Assembly (NCBI GenBank): GCA_965113315.1
Contig: OZ220368.1
DNA length: 64,000 bases
From: Podarcis vaucheri
Taxonomy: Eukaryota
Strand: one strand, 5' to 3'
Position 1 is the stretch's first letter. Each line of letters begins with the position of its first letter. Shown piece after piece: positions 49,446 to 60,291 of the stretch. The notes below the pieces were generated by a model, which was not told the DNA's origin, made no database searches, and was given only the letters and a program-made list of their open reading frames with translations. The translations under genes and the position numbers were made by a program.

Positions 49446-49544
49446 GGCAGTAATGTCATGGAAGATCAGGACCTTCGAGAGATTGGTATTAGTGACCCAC
49501 AGCACCGCAGAAAACTTCTTCAGGCAGCACGGTCTCTTCCTAAG
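49446..49544 (+). CDS. ANKS1A: ANKS1A coding exon, second half of SAM1 ([33 protein letters not shown])
   Basis: cttcctacag| acceptor and AAG|gttaga donor; 99 nt, phase 0-0. Confidence 0.96.
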
Positions 49545-50535
49545 GTTAGAATGAATTTGTGTTTTCACATGAAAACATCATTTTTAGTACTGGAATACCT
49601 TGAATTCCATAATTATGAGTGAACAAATAATTTTACAGGAGGAGAAGCAAATTATTGCATTCTGTCATATTAGTAGACATTGTAAGGAGAGGGCTTAGTA
49701 TTGCTTTCCTATTAAGCATGAGTCCAAATAGTGGAGTCAGAATTGTGTCGAAAGATACCTGTTTTTGGCAGCTTCTAAGTAAACTGAGTTAATGAGAAGA
49801 TATCACCAAAGCAGGTGCAAACATTGTGAACAAATCTCAGTTTAATCGTGATAAAACTAAGATTAAAGTAGTGATTTGACTTGTGAGAGGTTAAAGACTT
49901 ACTGATTTCACAACAGGTTTTTCCTCTGTTTGTGTAGACAATGGAGGGTCTCCATTTTCCCAGAATGCCAATTGAAATATTTCTATATTTAAATGTCCTT
50001 GTCTGGTTCTATTATTGGAAATATAGGGTGTTTCTATATATTACAATTTCACATAGTCTTTTTTAAAACAATGGAACAGGAAGGTTTTAAAGTGAGTGAA
50101 GTGGCTCCTCCTAGAATAGACATTTTAATTTTACATTCCAAAACAGCCTGCTTCTTACAGAGCCAAGTAAAGTGGTTTGTTTGTTCAATAGTGTCTGCTT
50201 TTTAAGAAGCAAATTCCATAGCAGGAAGCTTACTATGAGGTTCTATATTATGCTTTGCCATGCAGAAAGCTTTTGGTTGCACTATCAATTAAAAGTTCCA
50301 GAAGAAGCTGAATTTCTGATAACAATAGGTTTTAACCATAGATCCATGTTGTTACACTGCATGTTTCCCCGTGGTTGAATTCAGTTAATTGCCTGGTGTT
50401 GTGCATTGAGCTTGCTCTTTTCCACAATGGGTCAATGAAAGCCTCTGGTCATTGTGGAAGAGTGCATTTCGAAGAGCGAGTTTTGACAAATTTTATCTCT
50501 TCAGGTTCCTGATCATTGTCCCTCCTTATGCAAGA

Positions 50536-50596
50536 CTGTTCTGGTTCCACCAACAGTCTTCTGGTTCCACCAACTGTTCTGGTTCCACCAACAGTC
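50536..50596. repeat. Short tandem repeat, 3 copies of about 19-21 bp (ttctggttccaccaac core)
   Basis: Directly visible. Confidence 0.85.
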
Positions 50597-51314
50597 ACTT
50601 GCTAGATTAGACCAGTGCCTCTTGGATTTGTTCTACTTCTCTCTGCAATGGTTACTGTGCCACTGGCATTCAAAATTTTGATCTATTGCTGACAACTGTA
50701 CCTTTACTTCCAAGCCAACTCACTTCAACTCAGGCACTTAAGTAACTGTGGGGCATAATTAAACATTACACGCAAATACATGTATTTTCCCCTACAGAGT
50801 ACAGCTGTAGAGTGAGTGCTTTGGATTAAAAGCAGTTTTAGGGAGCACATTAGAACAGAGAAGCAGCAGGTGAGGGGGGGGGGGAATGAAGAAGCTCCTC
50901 CCATTACTCCCATGCTTAATTTCCCCACTCATATTCACAAAACAGCTTGGGGGGGGGGGAGGCACCGCCCTGGGATTTCATGCATTCTGTAGTTAGCCCT
51001 AGTGGCTCACCTCCACTTCAGGTTGATAATACTTCTACCTCACAGTGAACTGCATAGTTATTCATCACTGTATAGTTGCTACAGCCAAATACAGACTGGA
51101 GTTACACAGTCAAATGAAAATGGGACGTATCCAATATTCTCTGTCTAATAATGCAAGGGCTCTTGTGTTAGCAGATGGACAAGTTTTAATGTCATGCAAC
51201 AGAAGAATCCAATTTAACAGCTGCACTAGTGTAAATTTGTTGTGCAACAAAGTTACCAGCAACCCACTTGCAACAATGTTCCACTGGCACAAAATTTTTC
51301 CAGCTGAACAAGTA

Positions 51315-52023
51315 CAGTGGTATCTTGGTTCTCAGACTTAATCCGTTCCAGAAGTCTTTTTTTAAAACCAAGGTGCGCTTTCCCATAGAAAGTAATGCAA
51401 AATGGATTAATCCGCTCCAGACTTTTAAAAACAACCTCTAAAACAGCAATTTAACATGAATTTTACTATCTAATGAGACCATTGATCCATAAAATGAAAG
51501 CAATAATCAATGTACTGTACTATAAAATAAAATAAATAAATAAATAAATACAACAGTATTGTAGATGATAAAAATTAAAATTAAAATTTTTTTCTTACCT
51601 GCACTGATGATAGTCATTGTTTGGATGGGAGGCTTTTATCCATTTTCACAGTCACACAATCAGTCAATCAATCAGTAGCTGAACTGGGATCCACATAGTC
51701 ACAAAAACAAATTAACTGAAAAAGCCTCAAAACAAAAAACGCAAAATAAATAGCAAAAACAAAAGAACCAAATATCACCTTAGAACACTGCAATTGGACA
51801 CAGAAGGCTTGAATTACAGTTGGGGGGGGCAAATTAGCAGCGCAACAGGGAACAGGGGGATACAAATTAGCAGCGCAACAGGAAACACGGGGGGGGGCTC
51901 AAAACAGAGCACGTTTGGCTTCTGAAAAAAAGTTTGAAAACCGGAACACCTACTTCTGGTTTTGCAGCATTCAGGTTCCAAGTTGTTCATGAACTAAGCT
52001 GTTCAAAAACTGAGGTACCACTG
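51315..52023. mobile_element. Tc1/mariner-pogo non-autonomous element (about 0.7 kb) with internal (AAAT)n
   Basis: TA|cagtggtatcttggtt ... aactgaggtaccactg|TA; no transposase ORF seen. Confidence 0.78.
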
Positions 52024-52128
52024 TATACTGCTAAGTGACTTTTACTGTGGTTTGTATCCAACGTAGCGCTATGTTCACACCTGATTCTTACGCATCTATA
52101 ACACTTTTTTGTCTTGCTCCTTCTGCAG

Positions 52129-52278
52129 GTGAAATCTCTGGGCTGTGATGGGACTCAGCCTTCTGTTCCTGTATGGCTTGACTCCCTGGGGCTGCAGGAT
52201 TATATTCAATCATTTTTGTCGAGTGGCTATAGCTCTATAGACTCTGTGAAAAACCTCTGGGAACTAGAACTAGTAAAT
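52129..52278 (+). CDS. ANKS1A: ANKS1A coding exon, SAM2 ([50 protein letters not shown])
   Basis: ttctgcag| acceptor and AAT|gtaagt donor; 150 nt, open frame. Confidence 0.96.
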
Positions 52279-52427
52279 GTAAGTTGCTAACCCTATTCAG
52301 TTCCAGTTAAGATGAAAATTCTGGTGATTCACAAGGTGAAAGATTGCAGCGCTGTGTTAATACTGAGAAGCCACAATGTAGAAAGTTTTTTTGTAGCATG
52401 CTTTTCTGACATTCTCTTTCCCTGCAG

Positions 52428-52535
52428 GTACTTAAGGTAAATCTTATTGGTCATCGTAAGCGTATAATAGCCTCTCTGGCAGACAGACCATATGAGGAGC
52501 CCCCACAGAAACCACCACGGTTCTCTCAGCTAAGA
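52428..52535 (+). CDS. ANKS1A: ANKS1A coding exon, end of SAM2 ([36 protein letters not shown])
   Basis: ccctgcag| acceptor and AGA|gtgagt donor; 108 nt; SAM helix-5 motif GHRKRI. Confidence 0.96.
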
Positions 52536-53100
52536 GTGAGTCATCGTTTTTAAGGAAGAATGGAGGGCGGGCTACAGCATTTCTGTCCCCAGTGGGTCTT
52601 GCTTTTCTTTCTTCACACCATTTTAATTAAACTTTGTTTGAGATTGAGCACATGCCTCTGGATTTTGGAAACCATTTGAAAGTTTAGAACTCAGATGCTT
52701 CAGAACAGTTCCAGGTGGACCTCAAGTCATAGAATAGAAATGCAACATTTATACTTCTGTCTCTACAATGTAAACAGCACCAAATTAAATCGATTTTCTT
52801 CATAATGGATGTTAACTAAGTCTCATTTGAATTTATTGATATGTTTTGTAACATTTAGAATATTATGTATTTTTATAATAAGTTAATGTGAGCCCTTTTG
52901 TGCATCGTGGAAAAGCAGGATATAAATGAACTAGACTTCCTTTTTACTGGTTATGTTGACCTTAATGATCATACTAAAACAAAAGGGGGGGAAGACTGAG
53001 CCTTGCCTTATAGTGGCATTTTTATTTATTGGGGGCAAGGTGCTCTGAATATACCCTGTGAAAATCTTAATTCTTGTAATGTGTACTACTCTGATTTCAG

Positions 53101-53265
53101 TGCCAGGATTTGATATCCCAGACGTCTTCACCCCTAAGCCAGAGTGACTCTTGTACAGGGAGATCTGCAGATCTCCTGCTGCCTTTGGGGGATGCTGGAA
53201 AGAAGAGGCATGAGAGCAGCCATGACATTGCATCATACCCCAGAACAGAGAGACTCAAGGCACAG
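53101..53265 (+). CDS. ANKS1A: ANKS1A coding exon, SAM-PTB linker ([28 protein letters not shown]...RLKAQ)
   Basis: gatttcag| acceptor and CAG|gtattc donor; 165 nt, open frame; matches ANKS1[29 protein letters not shown] as recalled. Confidence 0.94.
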
Positions 53266-54578
53266 GTATTCCATTATTTTTTCTTCTAGAAATTATTCTA
53301 TTACCTTGTAAAACAGGAGTCTCTAACCTTACAGCTGTTGTTGAGCGGGGCATGGAGGGGAATGACTGGTTGGCTCTGGTAAATTAGAAATAGATTGTTA
53401 TGCTCTAAGATGGCTTACCTGCTCTGGTGTGGATATCTGAGGGGCATGACTGACATTGGTGGGTGGAGGCATGAAAGCCTTGCAGCTGGTTTGGTTTCCA
53501 CACAGTAGCACAGTTTCGCCGACTGGAGACCCATAGTAGTGAAGTATGGCTGCTGCCTCTGCCACCCCCAATATGGAAGCAGATTTAGTGCATTGCTGCT
53601 GATCACCAGTATTTTATCCTGGAACTGCCACTGATCACTGCTCAGACAGCTGTGCAAAAAGTACTGGTTTTTAAGGCTCTCACTATGCAATTGCCATGGG
53701 GAGAGGTGTCTAGTTATGGGTGTTCTCAGTCTTGACATTATTATAATTGCTGAGATACAGCAGCCAGCTTGTCGTTTATCAAGCTTTGTCTGCCTTTATA
53801 TCTTGTATGGTACAGTGGAAACATGCCTGCCTAGTTCAAGACATTTTTAGAGGTAGCCAGACACTGCCCTAGTCACAAGGATGGTATTGTGTGATGCTGT
53901 TTTGACATTTGTAATAGCCCATGTGAGCCCACTCGCCAGATGAAGTTCAGTTGGCCTTGCTGCCTGCTGCTTTCATAAAACTGATTAAGATAGCAGAGAG
54001 ACTGTTTCGGCACTAGTCCCCAAACTCTGGAAGACACCAGCATTGCTAGCTTATTAAAAAGCCAGTAAAACCTTCCTTTTTCACACTTTTAAATGAGAAC
54101 ATAAATGTTCCATGGATGCTATGTCTTATATGTGCTTTTCCTGTGATAGTTGTTTGTTTTAATTATAGTTTTGTAAGTATATATGGCTTTGAACTATGTG
54201 GAAAAGTGGTTATAAAAACATTTATCCTATTATGCATTTCCCTAAGGCTGTCATCACACTTGGGTCTCCCAGCTGCCTTTGTTTCCCTTCTCTGCTTCCA
54301 TCCTATTTGTAAGAGATTTATGATTGACAAGTGCATTGTCCATGAGATTCCCCCTCTTTTCTACTACCATCAAAGGTAGTGGGAGCCAAAAAGATTTTCC
54401 ACCTTGGTCTGTTGGGTTAGGGGCGTCTGGGTGGGTGGGGGGAATTGGTGAAGGGTAGGCAGGGTTGTAGATGAGCTTGGCAAGCAACTTGAGCAGGGGC
54501 AGAGTCCTTGGTAAATATGCTCAGTGGAGCAGGCACCCCAGACCAAATTCCGACTATAACTGCAACTTGTGTTTTCAG

Positions 54579-54704
54579 GAGGAACGCCGTGAATCTAAAC
54601 TTACGCTCAGACCCCCTAGTCTGGCTGCTGCTTATGCCCCTGTCCAACACTGGCAGCATCAACCAGAGAAGCTTATATTTGAATCCTGTGGGTATGAAGC
54701 CAAT
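54579..54704 (+). CDS. ANKS1A: ANKS1A coding exon ([42 protein letters not shown]), start of PTB
   Basis: gttttcag| acceptor and AAT|gtaagt donor; 126 nt. Confidence 0.96.
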
Positions 54705-54741
54705 GTAAGTATATTCTAGATTCTTAGACAAATTAAATTAA

Positions 54742-55075
54742 GGTTGATATAATAGCCATCTTCAAATATCTAAAGAGCTGTCACATGGAAGACAGAGCAA
54801 ACTTGTTTTCTGGTGCTCCAGATGGGAGGACTCAAGCCAATGGATTCAGATTACAAGAAAGAAGATTCCCACTAAACACTAGGAAGAAGTTTTCGATGGT
54901 AATAGCTGTTCAACAGTAGGACAGACTACTTCGGGAGGTGATGGACTCTCCTTCACTGGAGGTTTAAACAAAGGTTGGATGGCCATCTGTTGGGGGATTT
55001 TTAAGCTGTAATTTCTGCATTGCTGGTCTAAATAACCCTTAAGGTTCCTTCCAACTCTATAGTTCTATGATTCTA
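54742..55075 (+). mobile_element. CR1 LINE 3' fragment
   Basis: gccatcttcaaatatctaaagagctgtcac...gactctccttcactggagg...ttccaactctatagttctatgattcta terminal repeat. Confidence 0.8.
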
Positions 55076-55114
55076 ATTCATCTGGTGTGTAATCTTGGTT
55101 CTTCCTGTAAAACA

Positions 55115-55247
55115 TGGATGAGGAACTTGTGATCTTCCAGATGTTGGACTTCAGTCTCCATCATCCCTGACCGTTGGCTATGCTGACTGTGGCTACTGGG
55201 AATTGCAATTCAACAAGATTTGAAGGCAACAGATTTCCCATCTTTGC
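55115..55247. mobile_element. Degenerate hAT MITE related to 16673-16808
   Basis: ccagatgttggacttcagtctccatcatccctgacc core shared with the 16.7-kb copy. Confidence 0.5.
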
Positions 55248-55416
55248 TGGAAAGCATGGGCCTGCCACTTACACAATAGCTTTTACTTAGTACAGTTTGG
55301 CCTTATCCAGGCAGAAGTTTATAAGATTGCCTGGTTCCTTTTGGAAGCAAGAATATCTTTTGGGGTACAAATATTTGTGTTAATAGTTGCTGCTACTGTT
55401 CCCCTGTTTCAAACAG

Positions 55417-55488
55417 TATCTAGGTTCCATGTTAATCAAAGATCTTCGAGGGACAGAATCTACACAGGATGCCTGTGCAAAGATGAGG
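55417..55488 (+). CDS. ANKS1A: ANKS1A coding exon, PTB ([24 protein letters not shown])
   Basis: caaacag| acceptor and AGG|gtaggt donor; 72 nt; PTB YLGS motif. Confidence 0.96.
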
Positions 55489-55888
55489 GTAGGTGTGCAC
55501 TGTGTAAAATCAAAACTTCTGATACCAGTCTTGAAAAATAAACTGTGTTGTGTAGCTCAAGATTTGGAGATTGCCGCAAGCACAAGATATAACAGCCAAA
55601 CCACAAAACTTCGAAATTTCTAATTGCCCTACAATTATCTGCTACTTTGTTTTGGTCAACTTGTTTGGCAGATATGTTTTCAGCTGGTATGCAGTATTTA
55701 CTGCAAGGATGTATGAAGTCTGATTGTACCTTGTTGTAAATATATTATATATATACTTCACTGAATTTTCATTGCCTTGAAAATGCATCTTTAAAAACCT
55801 AGCATAGTTCTTTCAAAACCTGATTAAAAAAAATCTTGCCTGTATACTCCATCCTGAGAAATGTTTTAATCATGCTTCTTTTACAAAG

Positions 55889-55975
55889 AAATCAACAGAG
55901 CATATGAAGAAGACCCCAACTATAATATTATCTATCACTTACAAAGGAGTGAAATTCATTGATGCATCTAACAAG
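55889..55975 (+). CDS. ANKS1A: ANKS1A coding exon, PTB ([29 protein letters not shown])
   Basis: tttacaaag| acceptor and AAG|gtgagg donor; 87 nt. Confidence 0.95.
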
Positions 55976-56455
55976 GTGAGGACGATCTTAAACTCGTAGT
56001 TAATACTTAAAATCTTGAATGTCAAATGACAGTGACATCATGGAAATTAATCTGTTATGCAACTACCCATTCCTTATCAGTAAATACATCAAAATGTCAT
56101 GGTAAATCCTGTAAGAATTGCCACTAGAGAAGTTAGGTAGAGATTGATTTTTCCCTTGTATCAGTTTTTCAGATAGTGCTTGTCTGTATTTGGACGCTGC
56201 TTTTGTTGCTGAAAGAATATGTCTCGGAGTAGACATACTGAAAACAATGGACTGAAGTTAGTCATAGACACTAATTTTAATGGATCTGCTCTGAGTAAAA
56301 GTCAGTTGAATACCACCCAGGGTATTCTAACCCAAAATCTTAGTTGTTATTTAGCTATAAATCAATTTAATAAAAAGTTATTTTATTGTGAATAGTGTTT
56401 TTGTAAGATAATCTCAGTTACTGAGCAAAAAAAGCTTTTTATTTCCGTTTGGCAG

Positions 56456-56593
56456 AATGTTATTGCTGAGCACGAAATCCGGAACATCTCTTGTGCTGCA
56501 CAGGACCCGGAGGATCTCTGTACATTTGCCTATATCACAAAGGACTTGCAAACTAGCCACCACTACTGCCATGTCTTCAGTACCGTTGATGTA
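56456..56593 (+). CDS. ANKS1A: ANKS1A coding exon, PTB ([46 protein letters not shown])
   Basis: tttggcag| acceptor and GTA|gtaagt donor; 138 nt; PTB CHVF motif. Confidence 0.96.
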
Positions 56594-58142
56594 GTAAGTA
56601 ATGTAGAATATAAATGGCTTGATTCTTTGTATTTTGCCTTGCTAGAAATAATCTGTAGGTAGTTGGTTTGCAGCAAAAAGCTTTTGGAATGCTGGTAATT
56701 CATATACGCAAACATGGGGTGCAAGGATTTAAGCAACATATACTGGACTTTCCCCCAGAGTTTCTTTGCCCTGAATGTGAAATGGCTAGCAGTCCTGGTA
56801 CTCTAACACATTTAAAAATCCACAGTGCTTTCTCTACAAAATATAGGGTATAATGTGTAGGAAATGAGAAGTAAATACTGGATGTGTATCAAATGTTTTA
56901 TATTTGGATTTTAGAACTTGCATGATAAAAAAGATTTTCATGGCAGAGCTATGTATGTTGCACAGAATTCTGATGTATGTTTCTGCTTTTTGTTACAATC
57001 CTGGACATTAACTGCAGCCATAGGCAACATAGCGGGGTTGGGGGAATAGAGTGTCTTCTCATACAAATTGCTCACCTCCCATCTATTCCTTGATTACTTT
57101 TGGTTACACAGTAGAAATACTTTTCAAATTCACTACCCCCAAACGCACTTTGCCCTTTCTGTGCCCTCATCAGTATTTTTGTTCTGGAACTGCCACTAAT
57201 CACTGCTCAGAGAGTTGTGCAAAAAGTGCTGGGTTTTAAGCCTCCCAGAAACTGTTCAATTGCCAGGTCAATCCAGAGTTAATAATCCAGAGGGGCTCCT
57301 AAATCCTGAGAGCAAGGCAGTTGTGCAATACCAGTACTAGCCTCACAAAGCTTAGGGAAGTAACCTGTCTTGACTGGGCAGAATTCCTTCTTATGGCAGA
57401 ATCCTTTCTTTCCTGTGACTGGTGTCAGCCAGCCCAAAGTCACACAGAATAAAGGGATAACTTTAAAAGGTACCCCTCAGAAGCTGTTTGCTCAGACAAA
57501 CCTGGTATTTCCACAGTGGTTTTGCTTTCCAAAGAAGGGTTGGGTGGGCTCTAGATGACTGTAGATCTCTGATCCTCCATCCACCTTACAGGTACTTAGT
57601 GGCCAGGCTATTGAGTCATGTCTGCTGACTCTTGAGATATTTTCAAAGTGTGCTGTTACATTTTGCTTTAGGGAGATTTTATTGTTTTTATTGCTAGTGG
57701 TGGTGGTGGTGGTGTTTGGTTATATCTTGTATAATATTTTTGTAAACCATTTAGATATATTTTTCATATTAAGCTGTATATAAGTATATGAAATAAATGA
57801 AGTTAGGAGCTTCAGCTCACAGCTTCCCCCTCTTTAGTCCATGTGGTGGAGAGGAGGATGAGGGCAAAGCTAGAATTAGCCGACTCTAGACTGTCATTTG
57901 CTCTAGCTCCACCTACTGTTTGCCTCCCAGTCTTCTGCCCTACCAGTCCCAATGACCATCACTACCTCATTATACAAAATGGGGCTTATTCCCTAATTTT
58001 TACACACAGGATTGTGATATAAAATGGTCTTCAACATACCAGACAGCACTCAGCACTCATTTTGTTTGTAGAAACAGACTAGCATCATAACTCTTGGCAT
58101 TACTTTATGAAGTAAGTTATACTTTGTGTTTCTTTTCTTAAG

Positions 58143-58313
58143 AATCTAACATATGAAATCATTCTGACATTGGGACAAGCATTTGAAGTAGCCTACCAGC
58201 TGGCCCTCCAAGCCCAAAAATCAAAACCTCCAGGTGCTTTGACAGCTGAAATGATAGAAACAAAATCTTCAAAACCGGTGCCTAAACCTCGAGCCAGCAT
58301 GAGGAAATCAGCA
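58143..58313 (+). CDS. ANKS1A: ANKS1A coding exon, end of PTB ([26 protein letters not shown]...[14 protein letters not shown])
   Basis: ttttcttaag| acceptor and GCA|gtacgt donor; 171 nt. Confidence 0.96.
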
Positions 58314-59364
58314 GTACGTATGTTAAAAGAACTTTGGTTCTTTCCTGTAGTTATGCTAGTTTTTAACACGATGCCTCACCACAGCTGATTTAAAAAATAC
58401 TGTAAAAATACTGCATTGAGCCTTTTCAGGTAAGTAAGATAGTTAAGAGCTAATTAGCTGAGCAAGTAACAATGAGACAATAGAAAGAACTGCAAGTTAC
58501 TGGAAAGGCTTAAAAGTATACTAATACAAAGATTTACCTTTTTATTATATATTCACTATTTTGACAAGGGCCTAATACCAGAACTGCTCACTGAAGTAAA
58601 TCAGAGTGTTTGCTCATATTTTTTTCCTGAGTTAACTTGCATTCCTCCTGCGTGGTAATCCTGTGTTTTGTCTTGACAATGCTGATGGTTTGAAAGTGGA
58701 AAAAAAAAGATGGGTAGTGGATGTGAAATACTTTCGCAGAAAAGGATTCTCTTTCACACTACCATCTCATGAGGTGGATTCATGTGTCTGATTGAAGTAG
58801 TAAATTCCTAGCTTACATACCACTGAATGACAAAGGTCTGCCTACCGTGAGGCATTTCTCAACAGTTCTAGACAACATAGATATTAGACCAAAATCTGTT
58901 AAGTTAAACATGTTACATGCAACCACTGCTTGGCTGAAAACTGTGCATGATGAAATGCAATAAAATGAGAACCCATGAAGACGCAGGACAGTATTTTTGC
59001 TATCAAGACTGTTTGTGCTGTAAAGTTGTTTTCCCTCCAAAATTGTTGCTTGGGCAGCCTACAGGCTATATTGACACCCTAAAATGAATTTACTGCTTTT
59101 AGAACTACTAGTTGCTGGTGCCTTGTGCACACAGGCTTTCTCTCTTTCTTTCTGAAGTTTCCTCTGTAGGACTGACAGAAACATGTAATCAATGACACAT
59201 TTACTGAGTAGTTAGTTTCTTTTTTTCAGCAGTTCCCATAAAGTGTCCTTGTCAATCTAGCAAGGAAATAAACATACCAGAGTACTGGCCCATGTGCTCT
59301 CTATACTTGTTGCTCTCCTTTAATGTTACCTTTTGTCTGTGTTTTGCTTGCTCCTGTTCCTCAG

Positions 59365-59463
59365 GTGCCGCTCCCTCCCGATAGTCGCTGTTGTTACTGT
59401 CACACCTGTACTACACACCGTCCCTCCTATCTGCCGCTGCAATCTGTTAGTCAAGGAGCTAAG
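59365..59463 (+). CDS. ANKS1A: Probable alternative cassette exon of ANKS1A (VPLPPDSRCCYCHTCTTHRPSYLPLQSVSQGAK)
   Basis: Long pyrimidine tract ending cctcag| and an AAG|gtcttt donor; 99 nt, phase 0-0, no stop; retains several CpGs, unlike the flanking intron. Confidence 0.7.
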
Positions 59464-60171
59464 GTCTTTACCATTCTTGCAGTCACATGTCTCTCGTTAC
59501 AAATGTTTTCTGTTATCAAACCAACTCACATTCAGTGATTCCCTCATTCTTTCCCCTTTAGTTTTGCTGCTCTGTCTATGTTCCCTTCTGTCTTGACCTT
59601 GCTAGGTTAATTCATTCAAGCTTTCCTATACATTACACAAGAGGCGTTTCAAGGACAAGCTTGTAACACTTCTCACCAGCATAAAATGTTTCTTCAGTGC
59701 AACATTTGCCGAGTTTTGCCATATTAAAATCAATTTAACATTCAAGGAGAAGAGTTCTGTTGTCTAAGAGAATATATCAGATCATAAAAACCTAACCTTA
59801 GATAGTTGAATATAACACTTTAAACTCCCAACTAAGCATTTTGTTTCTAGTGAATTTCAACAAACTGCTACCTTGAATTGAGAATTGATTTGGGCTTAAA
59901 CAAAATTTAATTTGTTCTTTTTCCAAAATGAGCTGTATCTATTTCTTTAATCTGAAAAAGTGGTCCAAGTCTTTATGGTAACATTTTAAGTGGTAAATAC
60001 CTGTACATGTGCACATCCTCTGCTTTAAATACTTTTTAAAAAATCTGACCTAGGCAGTTGCCTCCCAAAGCTGTCTTTGTACAGAGCTTTTAAAAATGTA
60101 TCCAGGTTTGCCTTCACATTTTCAAAATGAGCAGCTTGGCTGATATGCTCTCTCCTTCTAATGTTTTCTAG

Positions 60172-60291
60172 CTCGAGCCATCTGAAGTGGACCAAGACTC
60201 CCAGTCCCATGCTAGTGTGTCCTGGGTTGTAGAGCCCAAGCAGGATTCCAAGAGGACCCTCAGCACTAAGTATGAGACTACTATCTTCTGA
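60172..60291 (+). CDS. ANKS1A: ANKS1A terminal coding exon ([39 protein letters not shown])
   Basis: ttttctag| acceptor; TGA at 60289-60291; ANKS1-family C-terminus TKYETTIF. Confidence 0.96.
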   Translation, partial: LEPSEVDQDSQSHASVSWVVEPKQDSKRTLSTKYETTIF

